Shown here one piece after another: positions 16,672 through 24,812 of a stretch of 45,072 nt of DNA (its first letter is position 1; each line of letters opens with the position of its first letter). The stretch comes from a virus. Taxonomy: Duplodnaviria; Heunggongvirae; Uroviricota; Caudoviricetes. The position numbers and the translations under genes are program-made. A model generated the notes under the pieces. The model ran no database searches and was not told the origin of the DNA. It saw only the letters and a program-made list of their open reading frames with translations. The stretch lies in the IMG/VR virus record IMGVR_UViG_3300009514_000009. The stretch is one strand, 5' to 3'.

Positions 16672-17211
16672 CTACCGTCCTACCTTCCAGCACCCCCGGC
16701 AGCGGGCCTCGTACTGCGACGCCCCCACCTCGACCTGCGACGCCTTGCCCGTGAGGTGGTAGCTCCGGCTGGCAGGCTCCCCGCACTGGATGCAGACCGC
16801 GGACAGCTTCGTGACCTCCTCCGCGATCACCATCAGGTGCGGGATGGGGCCAAATGGCTTGGCATCGGAGTCCTGATCGAGCCCAGCGACGATCACCCGG
16901 ACGCCGATGTTGGCCAAGTCCTCGCACAGCTCGACCAGACCGGGGTGGAAGAACTGCCCCTCGTCGATGCCCACGACTTCAAGCCCCCGAACGCGCTCAC
17001 GCAACTCGGCAACCGACCCTGCCGGGGTCGCGTCGAAAGTGGCCCCGGTGTGGCAGCCGATCTTCACCGTGTCGTAGCGGTCGTCTGAAGCGTGCTTGAA
17101 CGCCCGGACGGACTTCTTGCCGATCTTGGCCCGCCGGAGACGACGAACCAGCTCCTCCGACTTGCCGGAGAACATGCAGCCTGTGATGACCTCTATACGA
17201 CCGTGGGGCAT
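16672..17211 (-). CDS. tdk: thymidine kinase (TK1-like)
   Basis: GCMFSGKSEEL, GIDEGQFF, VAGLDQD, CIQCG...YEARCRGC. Confidence 0.95.
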   Translation of the reverse strand: MPHGRIEVITGCMFSGKSEELVRRLRRAKIGKKSVRAFKHASDDRYDTVKIGCHTGATFDATPAGSVAELRERVRGLEVVGIDEGQFFHPGLVELCEDLANIGVRVIVAGLDQDSDAKPFGPIPHLMVIAEEVTKLSAVCIQCGEPASRSYHLTGKASQVEVGASQYEARCRGCWKVGR

Positions 17212-17243
17212 GGCGACCTCGTGCAGCCGGGTGTCGCCCCAAG

Positions 17244-17717
17244 TTACCCGGCGGTCGCCACCCTTCGATGGGGGCACGGGGTCGTTGCAGCGATCCAACG
17301 TGAAGCGACGCGGGTTGCCGCGTCACGGGGGTCCGCCACAAGGGCGACCAGATTCTTGCGGATCGCCCGGACGCGCTGGGCAATCTCAGGCAGCGGCTTG
17401 CGGTCCTCGAAGTCCTCCAGCCAGTGGCGGGCGTACTCGGCCAGCCCTTCCGCCACGTCGTGGAACACGCCCACCTTGTCCAGAGTCGTCGCCTCCTCGG
17501 CGAACGCCTCGATGGTCATCAGGTGCTTGCGGATGCAGTCGGGGCAGTGCTTGTAGGGGTGCAGGAGGTGGTCCTCCAGCAGGAGCATCTGCTTGGCGAC
17601 CTCGCGCAGGTTGAACCGCGGGTGCATCAGGGACAGGCGCTCCCCGGCCCCCTCGCCGCAAGCCTGCTTGAACCGGCGGGCCGCTTGGCGGCGTCTGGTG
17701 AGTCGCTCGTTCATCAC
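17244..17717 (-). CDS. conserved hypothetical protein with FNLRE...LLEDHL...CPDCIRKH motif
   Basis: Helical protein with a CxxC/His cluster. Confidence 0.75.
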   Translation of the reverse strand: MMNERLTRRRQAARRFKQACGEGAGERLSLMHPRFNLREVAKQMLLLEDHLLHPYKHCPDCIRKHLMTIEAFAEEATTLDKVGVFHDVAEGLAEYARHWLEDFEDRKPLPEIAQRVRAIRKNLVALVADPRDAATRVASRWIAATTPCPHRRVATAG

Positions 17718-17746
17718 CTTCAGCGAGGCATAGGCGAACTAGCGAG

Positions 17747-18409
17747 TCAGTCGAGGTCAGGGGCCTTGTAGCCGTCCTTGGTCTTCTTGACTGCGTAGCC
17801 TGCCTTCTTCGTGGCCTTGACCACCTGCTGGACATCTTCAGCCCGGTTGGCCGCCTGTGCCGCCTCTAGCTCCGCCAACACCTTCTTCTGCTTGGCGGTG
17901 AGCTGCATGTTGCCCTCGGCGGTCATCTCCTTGGTGTCCTTGTCCTGTCGGCGGGATGTGAGGCCAATGGCCCCCGGCTTGAGGAGCTTCACGAGGCGGG
18001 GGTCCATGCTGTGGATGGCGATGTCCCACTGCATGTCGAGGAACATGCCCGCGCAGACGTTGACCGGCTTGCCGTTGTAGATGCTCGGCAGACGTTCGCG
18101 GCAGAGAGAGATGCCCGTGCGGGTCTGGAGTTCGAGGTCGAAGAACCAGACCGGCGTTGGAACCGCCGGGCGGTTGAACGACATCTTGAACTGCACCCCG
18201 ATGCGGTGGTCGCCAATCAGGAACCGGGGCTTCTCCAGTACCCCCCAGCCGTGGATGATGAGCCGAATGTCCTCGGCCTCGACGAGCCGGTGGATGACCT
18301 CCTGCTCATCCTCGGACATGGGCACATACAGCCCTCGGCGGTTGCCGCCGCCGAAGATGTTGGTCCCGCCATGCTTGCCGATCTTGCCGTTGCCTTTGCT
18401 CATCTGCAC
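17747..18409 (-). CDS. hypothetical protein, 220 aa
   Basis: Co-oriented, overlaps upstream gene. Confidence 0.75.
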   Translation of the reverse strand: MQMSKGNGKIGKHGGTNIFGGGNRRGLYVPMSEDEQEVIHRLVEAEDIRLIIHGWGVLEKPRFLIGDHRIGVQFKMSFNRPAVPTPVWFFDLELQTRTGISLCRERLPSIYNGKPVNVCAGMFLDMQWDIAIHSMDPRLVKLLKPGAIGLTSRRQDKDTKEMTAEGNMQLTAKQKKVLAELEAAQAANRAEDVQQVVKATKKAGYAVKKTKDGYKAPDLD

Positions 18410-18885
18410 ACCTTCACATGACAGGCGCGGGGGCGACCTTCCCGCAGTCCGGGGAAGAACACGACCTGACGCCCAGTCACCGGGAGCCTGCCATCGACGA
18501 CCTCACTCTCGTGCAGGTGGTAGCTGATGTGGTCACTTCCCATGGCGAAACCGTACCGACGTTGGGCGTCAAACGACTCAACCTCCCCTACGATCATGCG
18601 AGGCACCACCAACCGTACAACGGATTCGGCTCTGGGGGCCTTCCCGCCGGGTTCCCCCGCCTCACACGTCACCTCGACCTCCTCACCAAGAATCGGGGGC
18701 GGGGAGTCCACAGACAATGTGCATCGAGGTGGCCCCGGACACTTGCAACAACGAGTCACCTCGATGTCGTTGCCCGGCTGGAAGGTGGCTAGGTGGAAGA
18801 AGACCTCGAAGCCAGCGTCGTCACGGCAGAAGCCGTAGAGCTTCTCGGGGAGGTACTTCAGCACCCGCATCCTGAATGTGGGCAC
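18400..18885 (-). CDS. tandem cold-shock (OB-fold) domain protein
   Basis: KLYGFC...EVFFH and RRYGFA...YHLHES RNP1/RNP2-like motifs; Cys-rich insert. Confidence 0.8.
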   Translation of the reverse strand: MPTFRMRVLKYLPEKLYGFCRDDAGFEVFFHLATFQPGNDIEVTRCCKCPGPPRCTLSVDSPPPILGEEVEVTCEAGEPGGKAPRAESVVRLVVPRMIVGEVESFDAQRRYGFAMGSDHISYHLHESEVVDGRLPVTGRQVVFFPGLREGRPRACHVKVCR

Positions 18886-18904
18886 GGATGGCCTCCCAGA
18901 GTTG

Positions 18905-19354
18905 CTACTCGCCGAAGTGCTTGTCGAGTGCAGCGACGATCTTGGCCTTGGTCGCCAGCCCTCGGATCAACACGCCGTGCTCGTCCGCCAGAGCCTGAAG
19001 CTCCCGTTTCGTCATGTCCTTGCTATACTTGACCTTGGGCTCCTTGGCCTTGGGCTCCTCGGGCTCCTCGACCTCGGGCTCGGCGTGCTCATGCTCGTCG
19101 TCGTCCTTGTGACCTTCGATGCGCACGTCGTCATCGGGCGTGCCGAACTTCTTGTCCGGGCCGGGCTTGATGACCGCATCGACGGCACCGACCGGCACGC
19201 GGATCTCCTCGGCCACTTCCTCACCCGCATCTTGCGCCGCGGCGGCCTGCTGGATGGCCTCCTCGACGTTCTGCGGGAACCGGGAAGCGCGGGGAGGCGC
19301 ATTGGCCTTGATCTGGCGCATTCGGGATGCGGGGGGCTTGTACGACGTGCTCAT
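18905..19354 (-). CDS. acidic protein with C-terminal Rho-N/HeH-like domain
   Basis: MTKRELQALADEHGVLIRGLATKAKIVAAL; RBS GGAG. Confidence 0.7.
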   Translation of the reverse strand: MSTSYKPPASRMRQIKANAPPRASRFPQNVEEAIQQAAAAQDAGEEVAEEIRVPVGAVDAVIKPGPDKKFGTPDDDVRIEGHKDDDEHEHAEPEVEEPEEPKAKEPKVKYSKDMTKRELQALADEHGVLIRGLATKAKIVAALDKHFGE

Positions 19355-19368
19355 TGGAGGTCTCCTTG

Positions 19369-19755
19369 TCAGGCGCTGGTGATGAGGCCCTTGACCATCG
19401 CCGCGAAGATCTGCCCGAAGGCGTCCCCCACCTTGACGAAGAAGTCACGAGCGGCACTCTTGTCGTCCGCCTCCGCGTTTTGGAGCTTCGCCACGAAGTC
19501 CGATGCGGTGCGGGGGTTGGCCCAGTCGATGTTGGGCACTTCGTTCTCGAACAGGGCGTCGATGGCCTTGCGGGCCATCTCGATGCCAGCCATGCCGTGG
19601 GCGTCCACAGCGTCGGCGAGCAGCATCAGGCAGGTCTGCGCCCACGGCTGCTCCTGATCCCATGCCAAGTCCTTGAACGTGTCCTTGAGGGCATCGACGC
19701 CGACCTGCCCGAGGGTGGGGATGAGGCTGTTGAGCAGTTGCTGGAAGTTCATCAC
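19369..19755 (-). CDS. hypothetical helical protein
   Basis: RBS GGAGG; coupled to upstream gene. Confidence 0.7.
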   Translation of the reverse strand: MMNFQQLLNSLIPTLGQVGVDALKDTFKDLAWDQEQPWAQTCLMLLADAVDAHGMAGIEMARKAIDALFENEVPNIDWANPRTASDFVAKLQNAEADDKSAARDFFVKVGDAFGQIFAAMVKGLITSA

Positions 19756-20132
19756 TCACCTCCATTGGGGGCGGGCGGGGCCGGGCACAGCGAGCTGCTG
19801 GGCGGGATGACCGGCGGGTCCTTCGGCGGACGGTCCTCGGTGATGCCCGCGAGGAACAGGCTCATGGCCTTGTGCCACTCCGCTCGGGCCTCGATGGTCA
19901 GCACGAAGTCCGCCGCGTCTGCGCACGGCTTGGTTGTGAACTTCTGCTCGGCGTCGCAGGTGCAGTGCTCGGTCAAGAACCCCTTGAGCAACGCCGCCTG
20001 CTTGGTTGCCCAAGCATCGTACTGGTTCAGCTCGGTCTGGTAGACCGCCGTGTCGCGCACGACGTACTTCGTGCAGCCCGCCAAGGCCAGCACCAGCAGA
20101 AGGGTGGTGAGGATCAGGGAAAAGTGCTTCAC
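19752..20132 (-). CDS. putative lipoprotein
   Basis: MKHF plus hydrophobic stretch plus LAGC lipobox. Confidence 0.8.
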   Translation of the reverse strand: MKHFSLILTTLLLVLALAGCTKYVVRDTAVYQTELNQYDAWATKQAALLKGFLTEHCTCDAEQKFTTKPCADAADFVLTIEARAEWHKAMSLFLAGITEDRPPKDPPVIPPSSSLCPAPPAPNGGE

Positions 20133-20196
20133 GGTTCTCTCCTCCAGAGACTACGGGTCGCGCGTTTGATGCTACCCGTCATCCGATAAAGTCCCA

Positions 20197-21159
20197 TCAG
20201 ATTACGCATCCCATAGGCGAAGTACCGTGCTCACCCAACCCCAGCCGCCCACGCTTTCTACTGAAACGGGGTGCCGCCCACGCTAGAAGCGCCGGGATGC
20301 TTCTCTTTCTGACGTATAGGATCTCCAAGCCGGGGTTGGGGTTCCTGCGGGTGAACTCTATCCCCTGATCTTCAAGCACTCGGGCAAGAACATCGAATCC
20401 CCCATGAGGTCTCTGATAAAAGGTTACCTGTCCTGTTTTGCTCGCCGAGCCATCGGCATCCAGAAGACCCCCGACCCACGGTCCCCAATGAGCGGGGGTG
20501 CTGGGGAACATCCAGCGGGAGACCCCCCGACCCGACACCTTAAATCGCCTGATGTCTTCTGCAAGAACCTTTGAGTAGACATGGACCCCCAAACGGCTCT
20601 CCCCCACTCCGTCCACAACACCCACATCAGCCAAGGCTTGTAGAATTCGCTCCCGATTCTCAGGAGGTCTTGCAGAGAACGTGACTTCCCCGCCATCTGT
20701 AGGGCGGATGCGACTGGAGCCATCCCCGTGAAACACCCCCAACAGCCAGCACCATGTCGGGTCCTCTAGGTCCACGAGATACCTGTATTTGGTATGAGCG
20801 CAAGAGCGGCACATGGTGGAGTGGCCCGTTCGGAGATCCGTACCTGCGACAACAGATTCAGCCCCGCAAGCGCAACGAACGGCCCAGTGGGCAGCAGTGG
20901 CCGGTGAGGGGTGTCTCCGTAAGACACACCAAAGGCCAAAGGTTTGCCCCTCAATGTGCTTTACCTTGTCCACCCTGCTTCTGCCGCATTTCCGGCACGA
21001 GCTGCCACCGGGACCCCGGAGACGTTGGGATGGCACAACGTCTTCTTGACCGCAAGAACACCGAACGAGCCAATGAGCTTGCCTACCCGGACGCTGGACC
21101 TTTCGGAGAACTGTCCGAGTCCCGAACGTCTGACCTGTCAGATCGATCAGCCGAGGCAC
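20197..21159 (-). CDS. homing endonuclease: two N-terminal DLTGQxFG...VRCxCG repeats fused to LAGLIDADG motifs
   Basis: IDLTGQTFG, IEGQTFG; LLGVFHGDGS and VGGLLDADGS; codon usage differs from neighbours. Confidence 0.75.
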   Translation of the reverse strand: MPRLIDLTGQTFGTRTVLRKVQRPGRQAHWLVRCSCGQEDVVPSQRLRGPGGSSCRKCGRSRVDKVKHIEGQTFGLWCVLRRHPSPATAAHWAVRCACGAESVVAGTDLRTGHSTMCRSCAHTKYRYLVDLEDPTWCWLLGVFHGDGSSRIRPTDGGEVTFSARPPENRERILQALADVGVVDGVGESRLGVHVYSKVLAEDIRRFKVSGRGVSRWMFPSTPAHWGPWVGGLLDADGSASKTGQVTFYQRPHGGFDVLARVLEDQGIEFTRRNPNPGLEILYVRKRSIPALLAWAAPRFSRKRGRLGLGEHGTSPMGCVI

Positions 21160-21493
21160 CCGCGTTCTCCTGTGGGTGACCGGACGCCACCCCCTTCATC
21201 GAGAAGTTCTGGCCCGCACCTACAACAATACTAGCGATGCGGATATACTTGTCAAGTGCCGCCTGCCCACTCACGTATGTGATCTCGACCGCCCCAGCGA
21301 TGATGACGATGGCCAAGGCCAGTCCGCCGACGATGTGGTTGATGGTGCCGTTGTTCATGCCCATGATGAGGACGACGAGCAACGCCACCTTCCACGTCCC
21401 CTCTGCCACGAGGTAGGCGACGAACTTCTTGCTCTGCATCGGGGCCTTCCCGACCGCGCAGTTGCAAGGACCACTCTCCGTGTGTCCAGACAT
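21083..21493 (-). CDS. two-TM membrane protein (holin-like); C-terminus overlapped by the endonuclease gene
   Basis: SKKFVAYLVAEGTWKVALLVVLIMG...GGLALAIVIIAGAV. Confidence 0.6.
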   Translation of the reverse strand: MSGHTESGPCNCAVGKAPMQSKKFVAYLVAEGTWKVALLVVLIMGMNNGTINHIVGGLALAIVIIAGAVEITYVSGQAALDKYIRIASIVVGAGQNFSMKGVASGHPQENAGASADRSDRSDVRDSDSSPKGPASG

Positions 21494-21810
21494 CAGTTGC
21501 CTCCCCTGCGGGTGCCGCCGTAGCGACCCGTGGTGTGGACACCCGCCTTGTTCAAGGCGGACTGGAACCTGTCTTCGACCGCCTTGTAGTCGGGCGACAT
21601 GAACTGAGCAGAAGCCGCCAAGGCGACCAGCCGCTCCTGTTCCTCCTCCAGCATGTTCGGGACCAGCGAGTTGAACGAGGCACGGGCTGCGGGGATGGTG
21701 CGGAGGAACGCCAAGATGTACTCGTCCGTCAGACGAGGCGGGTTGTCCTCGTCACCCTCGACACCCTTCAGCAGGTTCAACCCGCTGTTGTTCAGCCACC
21801 ATTCGGCCAC
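21493..21810 (-). CDS. hypothetical protein, 105 aa
   Basis: TGATG coupling to next gene. Confidence 0.7.
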   Translation of the reverse strand: MAEWWLNNSGLNLLKGVEGDEDNPPRLTDEYILAFLRTIPAARASFNSLVPNMLEEEQERLVALAASAQFMSPDYKAVEDRFQSALNKAGVHTTGRYGGTRRGGN

Positions 21811-21879
21811 AAGAACCTCGCTGCGTAGAGCGCACCGCTCTACCTCGGGGTTCGTATAGGCTCCGTACCGCGGCGGGCT

Positions 21880-22800
21880 CTAGTCGTCTGTGGGGAGGGC
21901 GGGGGCGGGCTTGGCGAGGATCGCGTCGATGTCCACCTCGGTCTCCGCCCCCGAGGCGATGGCGGACAGGGAGCGCCCCTTGCGGGCCGGTTTGGCCGCA
22001 CCCTCCGAGGGAGTGCCCAGACGAGGCGGGCGGACCTTCGGCGACCGCTTGAGCACCGGCTCAGGGGGCTCGGGTTCCGAAGCTGGCTTCGGAGCCGGGG
22101 GGTCCGGCGGGCCAAACAGGGAAGCCACATCGTCATCGTCATCGTCGAGCGGGATCACCTTGCGACCGTCCAGCTTGACCACTTTCGGCGGGGTCACTGA
22201 AGGGGCGGTCTTGGTCCGCTTGGGTGGCTCTACGGGAGCAGGAGGGACCACCGCGGCCACGGGCTTGACGCCCTGCTCCTCAATGTCCGCGATGGTTTTG
22301 GCCTTCTTCACCGTTGTGGGGGTGACCCCCGCCTTGGCTGCGTCGATGGCCTCGATGAGCTTCGTCTTGTTCTTGCCGTAGGGCTCCGGGTCGAAGCCCA
22401 ACATCCGGGCCTCCTCCCGCAGGGTGCTGATCGGGGGGAGCTTGGACTTCCGCTGCTTCGGTTGCACCGGCAGGGGTACGGCTTCCCCGGCTGTCAGGTA
22501 GTGGACCTCCAGCATGGCTTCACCGTTGGAGTCCACCACCACGATGGGTGTGCCCCGCCTGCCAATCAGCCGAGCTGCGTGCTCAGCGATGATCTCCATC
22601 AGAGGGTTCTCAGCCAGCACCTCGTTCGCAGCCGCGACCGCCTCTGCCAGCGCGGCCCGAGCCGCCCCCAGCCGAGCCGCCACACTCACCGTGGGCTGGG
22701 GTTCCCCGTTGATGGTCCAGTTGAAGGGCACGTTCAGGAGAGCGGCTGCCAGATCCCCCGGCAGGGTTTCTCGATGAACGCGGGAGTTTTTCTTCGTCAT
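21880..22800 (-). CDS. low-complexity Pro/Lys-rich protein with central HeH-like segment
   Basis: ISTLREEARMLGFDPEPYGKNKTKLIEAI. Confidence 0.7.
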   Translation of the reverse strand: MTKKNSRVHRETLPGDLAAALLNVPFNWTINGEPQPTVSVAARLGAARAALAEAVAAANEVLAENPLMEIIAEHAARLIGRRGTPIVVVDSNGEAMLEVHYLTAGEAVPLPVQPKQRKSKLPPISTLREEARMLGFDPEPYGKNKTKLIEAIDAAKAGVTPTTVKKAKTIADIEEQGVKPVAAVVPPAPVEPPKRTKTAPSVTPPKVVKLDGRKVIPLDDDDDDVASLFGPPDPPAPKPASEPEPPEPVLKRSPKVRPPRLGTPSEGAAKPARKGRSLSAIASGAETEVDIDAILAKPAPALPTDD

Positions 22801-22863
22801 CGTTTGCGCCGTCCTGTGCTCAGAACGCCTACCCTACCCACTCCAAGGTGAACCCCCGACGCC

Positions 22864-22924
22864 GAGAATGGTTCTCGACGGGTGAGAATCCGTTCAGACG
22901 AGAATCGGCAGCGTCCCGAGAATC
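22864..22924. repeat. cluster of GAGAATC direct repeats
   Basis: GAGAATC at 22884, 22900, 22918; GAGAATG at 22864. Confidence 0.7.
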
Positions 22925-23582
22925 ATGCCTGCTCCGGTGCAGGCCATACGTTGGGCTTGCCCGCATCGAGCCACGCCCCCAACCGACCGGGGATGAGATG
23001 CGCCCATTCCGCCCGCAGGGCATCCGAGGCCCTAGCCAGTCGCTTCTCGACCTCCATCGCCATCCGCACGTCCGCAAGGGCCGTGTGGGCGTTCGTCACC
23101 GGGATGCCGAGGGCGACGCAGGTGGGCACCAGCGAGATGCTCGCCATCCACGGTCGCAGGTGCTCCAACGCGAGCGTGCAGGTGTCGTACAGATGGTAGT
23201 CCATCCGCGTCTTGATGCCGTGCCGCTTGAACGAGGCGTGGATGAACCCCACATCAAACCGCACGTTCTGCCCGGCGACGATGGCCTCGTCGAGGATGCC
23301 GCTGTCGGCAATCTTCTGCCACGCTTCAGCAGGCTCCAGCGCGTTGTTGGCCGCCCATCTCTCCGGCGTGTAACCGTTGACCTCCAGCGCCCTCGGGTGG
23401 GCGTTCTCAGGTCGCTCCATGTTGATGAACAGGTGCATCACCCACTCGGTATCGTCTTCGACCCGGATGATGGCGATCTCGATGATGTCGTTGTCTTCAG
23501 CGTCGAGGCCGGTGGTCTCGGTGTCCACCCAGACCAAGGGCTTGTCGTAGAGGGGGACGAACCTGCGGTCGCGGCGTGCCAT
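22923..23582 (-). CDS. DEDDh 3'-5' exonuclease (DnaQ-like)
   Basis: VDTETTGLD, AGQNVRFD, LYDT, AHTALADV. Confidence 0.9.
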   Translation of the reverse strand: MARRDRRFVPLYDKPLVWVDTETTGLDAEDNDIIEIAIIRVEDDTEWVMHLFINMERPENAHPRALEVNGYTPERWAANNALEPAEAWQKIADSGILDEAIVAGQNVRFDVGFIHASFKRHGIKTRMDYHLYDTCTLALEHLRPWMASISLVPTCVALGIPVTNAHTALADVRMAMEVEKRLARASDALRAEWAHLIPGRLGAWLDAGKPNVWPAPEQA

Positions 23583-23612
23583 GGAAGTGCTCCTTCGTCG
23601 TTTCAACCCCCC

Positions 23613-23643
23613 ACCCTACCCGCGGTCGGGTGGGGGTGGACCC
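23613..23643 (-). promoter_or_regulatory. variant of bipartite motif
   Basis: GGGTCCAC-N15-GGTAGGGT upstream of the exonuclease gene. Confidence 0.35.
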
Positions 23644-23655
23644 GTAGGGTGGACC

Positions 23656-24117
23656 CTACGGTTGGAACCGGCAGTTCATGCGACCGTTGTAAGTCTCGTG
23701 GTAGGTCACCTTGAGGTCACCGTTGTCCTGCGTGGTCAAGACCACGATGCGCACGATGTCGCCGTCGTAGGTGTCGAGCAGCTCGGCGGCGGCCACGACC
23801 AGAGCGTTCTCACGGTTGGTCGTCATCAGGCGGTCGCTCGGACCCTCGTAACGGTCGCCCGAACGCACGATGTAGAGGTCGCCTTCGGGTGTCTCGGCGA
23901 CGGTGCGGGCGGCGTCTGCCAGACGCTCTGCCGCGGCCCGCTGCTCAGCCCGCTCGGCGTCGGTCGCGGCGACCTCGGAGAGGCCCTCGTCGATGGCGTG
24001 GCGGCCAGCAGCGCGACGGCCAACCTTGGACGCGGCCTTGGCCTCGTTGCGGGTGCCGTGGAAGCCGCCGCCGTTCTTTGCGCCAGCGTGCTCGGTCTTG
24101 CCAGTCCAGTGTGCCAT
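23656..24117 (-). CDS. hypothetical protein, 153 aa
   Basis: RBS GGGAG, motif upstream. Confidence 0.75.
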   Translation of the reverse strand: MAHWTGKTEHAGAKNGGGFHGTRNEAKAASKVGRRAAGRHAIDEGLSEVAATDAERAEQRAAAERLADAARTVAETPEGDLYIVRSGDRYEGPSDRLMTTNRENALVVAAAELLDTYDGDIVRIVVLTTQDNGDLKVTYHETYNGRMNCRFQP

Positions 24118-24157
24118 CGTCGTCTCCCTCGTCTGTGGGCTCTCGCCGCGTTCGCCC

Positions 24158-24188
24158 CTACTACTGGCGTGTTTCGGATTTTGAGCCC
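24158..24188 (-). promoter_or_regulatory. conserved bipartite motif copy 7 (divergent pair A)
   Basis: GGGCTCAA-N15-AGTAGTAG. Confidence 0.8.
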
Positions 24189-24210
24189 GAAAAGCGAAAA
24201 ACTGGCGGGA

Positions 24211-24241
24211 GGGCTCAAAACGACGACGATGCCAGTAGTAG
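24211..24241 (+). promoter_or_regulatory. conserved bipartite motif copy 8 (divergent pair A)
   Basis: GGGCTCAA-N15-AGTAGTAG. Confidence 0.8.
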
Positions 24242-24272
24242 GTGCAGGACGTACAACGACGGAGCGAAGCAC

Positions 24273-24515
24273 ATGAGCGAACGATTGGAACTCGGACTGG
24301 TGGCCCTAGCCCTCATCATCTGCGGCATCCTCTGGTGGACGCAGTACGTGGCCCCCAAGCAGGACACCCTGCTGGCTGCACGCGAGTGCATGGTCGAGCA
24401 GGGCATCGACACCCGCGAGTTCCCCCACGCGGCAGTCGCAGACGAGTGGGAGGCCTGCCTCGTCGCGGCTGAAGCGAAGCACGGGTCCGCGGTGCTCGCT
24501 GTGGTGGGCTACTGA
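24273..24515 (+). CDS. small protein with N-terminal TM helix
   Basis: MSERLELGLVALALIICGILWWTQY; RBS ACGGAG. Confidence 0.75.
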   Translation: MSERLELGLVALALIICGILWWTQYVAPKQDTLLAARECMVEQGIDTREFPHAAVADEWEACLVAAEAKHGSAVLAVVGY

Positions 24516-24727
24516 TGGACCCCATCAAGGTCAGCCTGCACAGGGACTGGACCGGCTGGTGGCACGCCTGCCTTTGGGGCAAGTCGTCCCCAATCCTCCG
24601 ACCTGTGCAGGGCAACACGCACCCGGCCACCCGTGCCTCGTGGAGGACGGCAGCCGAGGCTGAGGCTGAACTGCCGGAGGTGGTCGGCCACCCCATCGAG
24701 GTCGTGCGGGTCTACGACGACCCCTGA
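24515..24727 (+). CDS. hypothetical protein, 70 aa
   Basis: TGATG coupling. Confidence 0.7.
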   Translation: MDPIKVSLHRDWTGWWHACLWGKSSPILRPVQGNTHPATRASWRTAAEAEAELPEVVGHPIEVVRVYDDP

Positions 24728-24731
24728 AGGC

Positions 24732-24765
24732 GAAAGGCCGCCCCCACGGATGAGGGCGACCTTTC
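24732..24765. terminator. stem-loop between convergent genes, putative terminator
   Basis: GAAAGGCCGCCC / GGGCGACCTTTC, 12-bp stem with one mismatch. Confidence 0.5.
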
Positions 24766-24812
24766 GGAAACACGTCAGGGTCCTTGTCGTAGATCGGCAG
24801 TGCGCGGGGGTA

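Noticed and set aside
21825-21843. 8-bp hairpin GTAGAGCG-CAC-CGCTCTAC
   Set aside because: Single short hairpin with no U-tract and no second copy; function unsupported.
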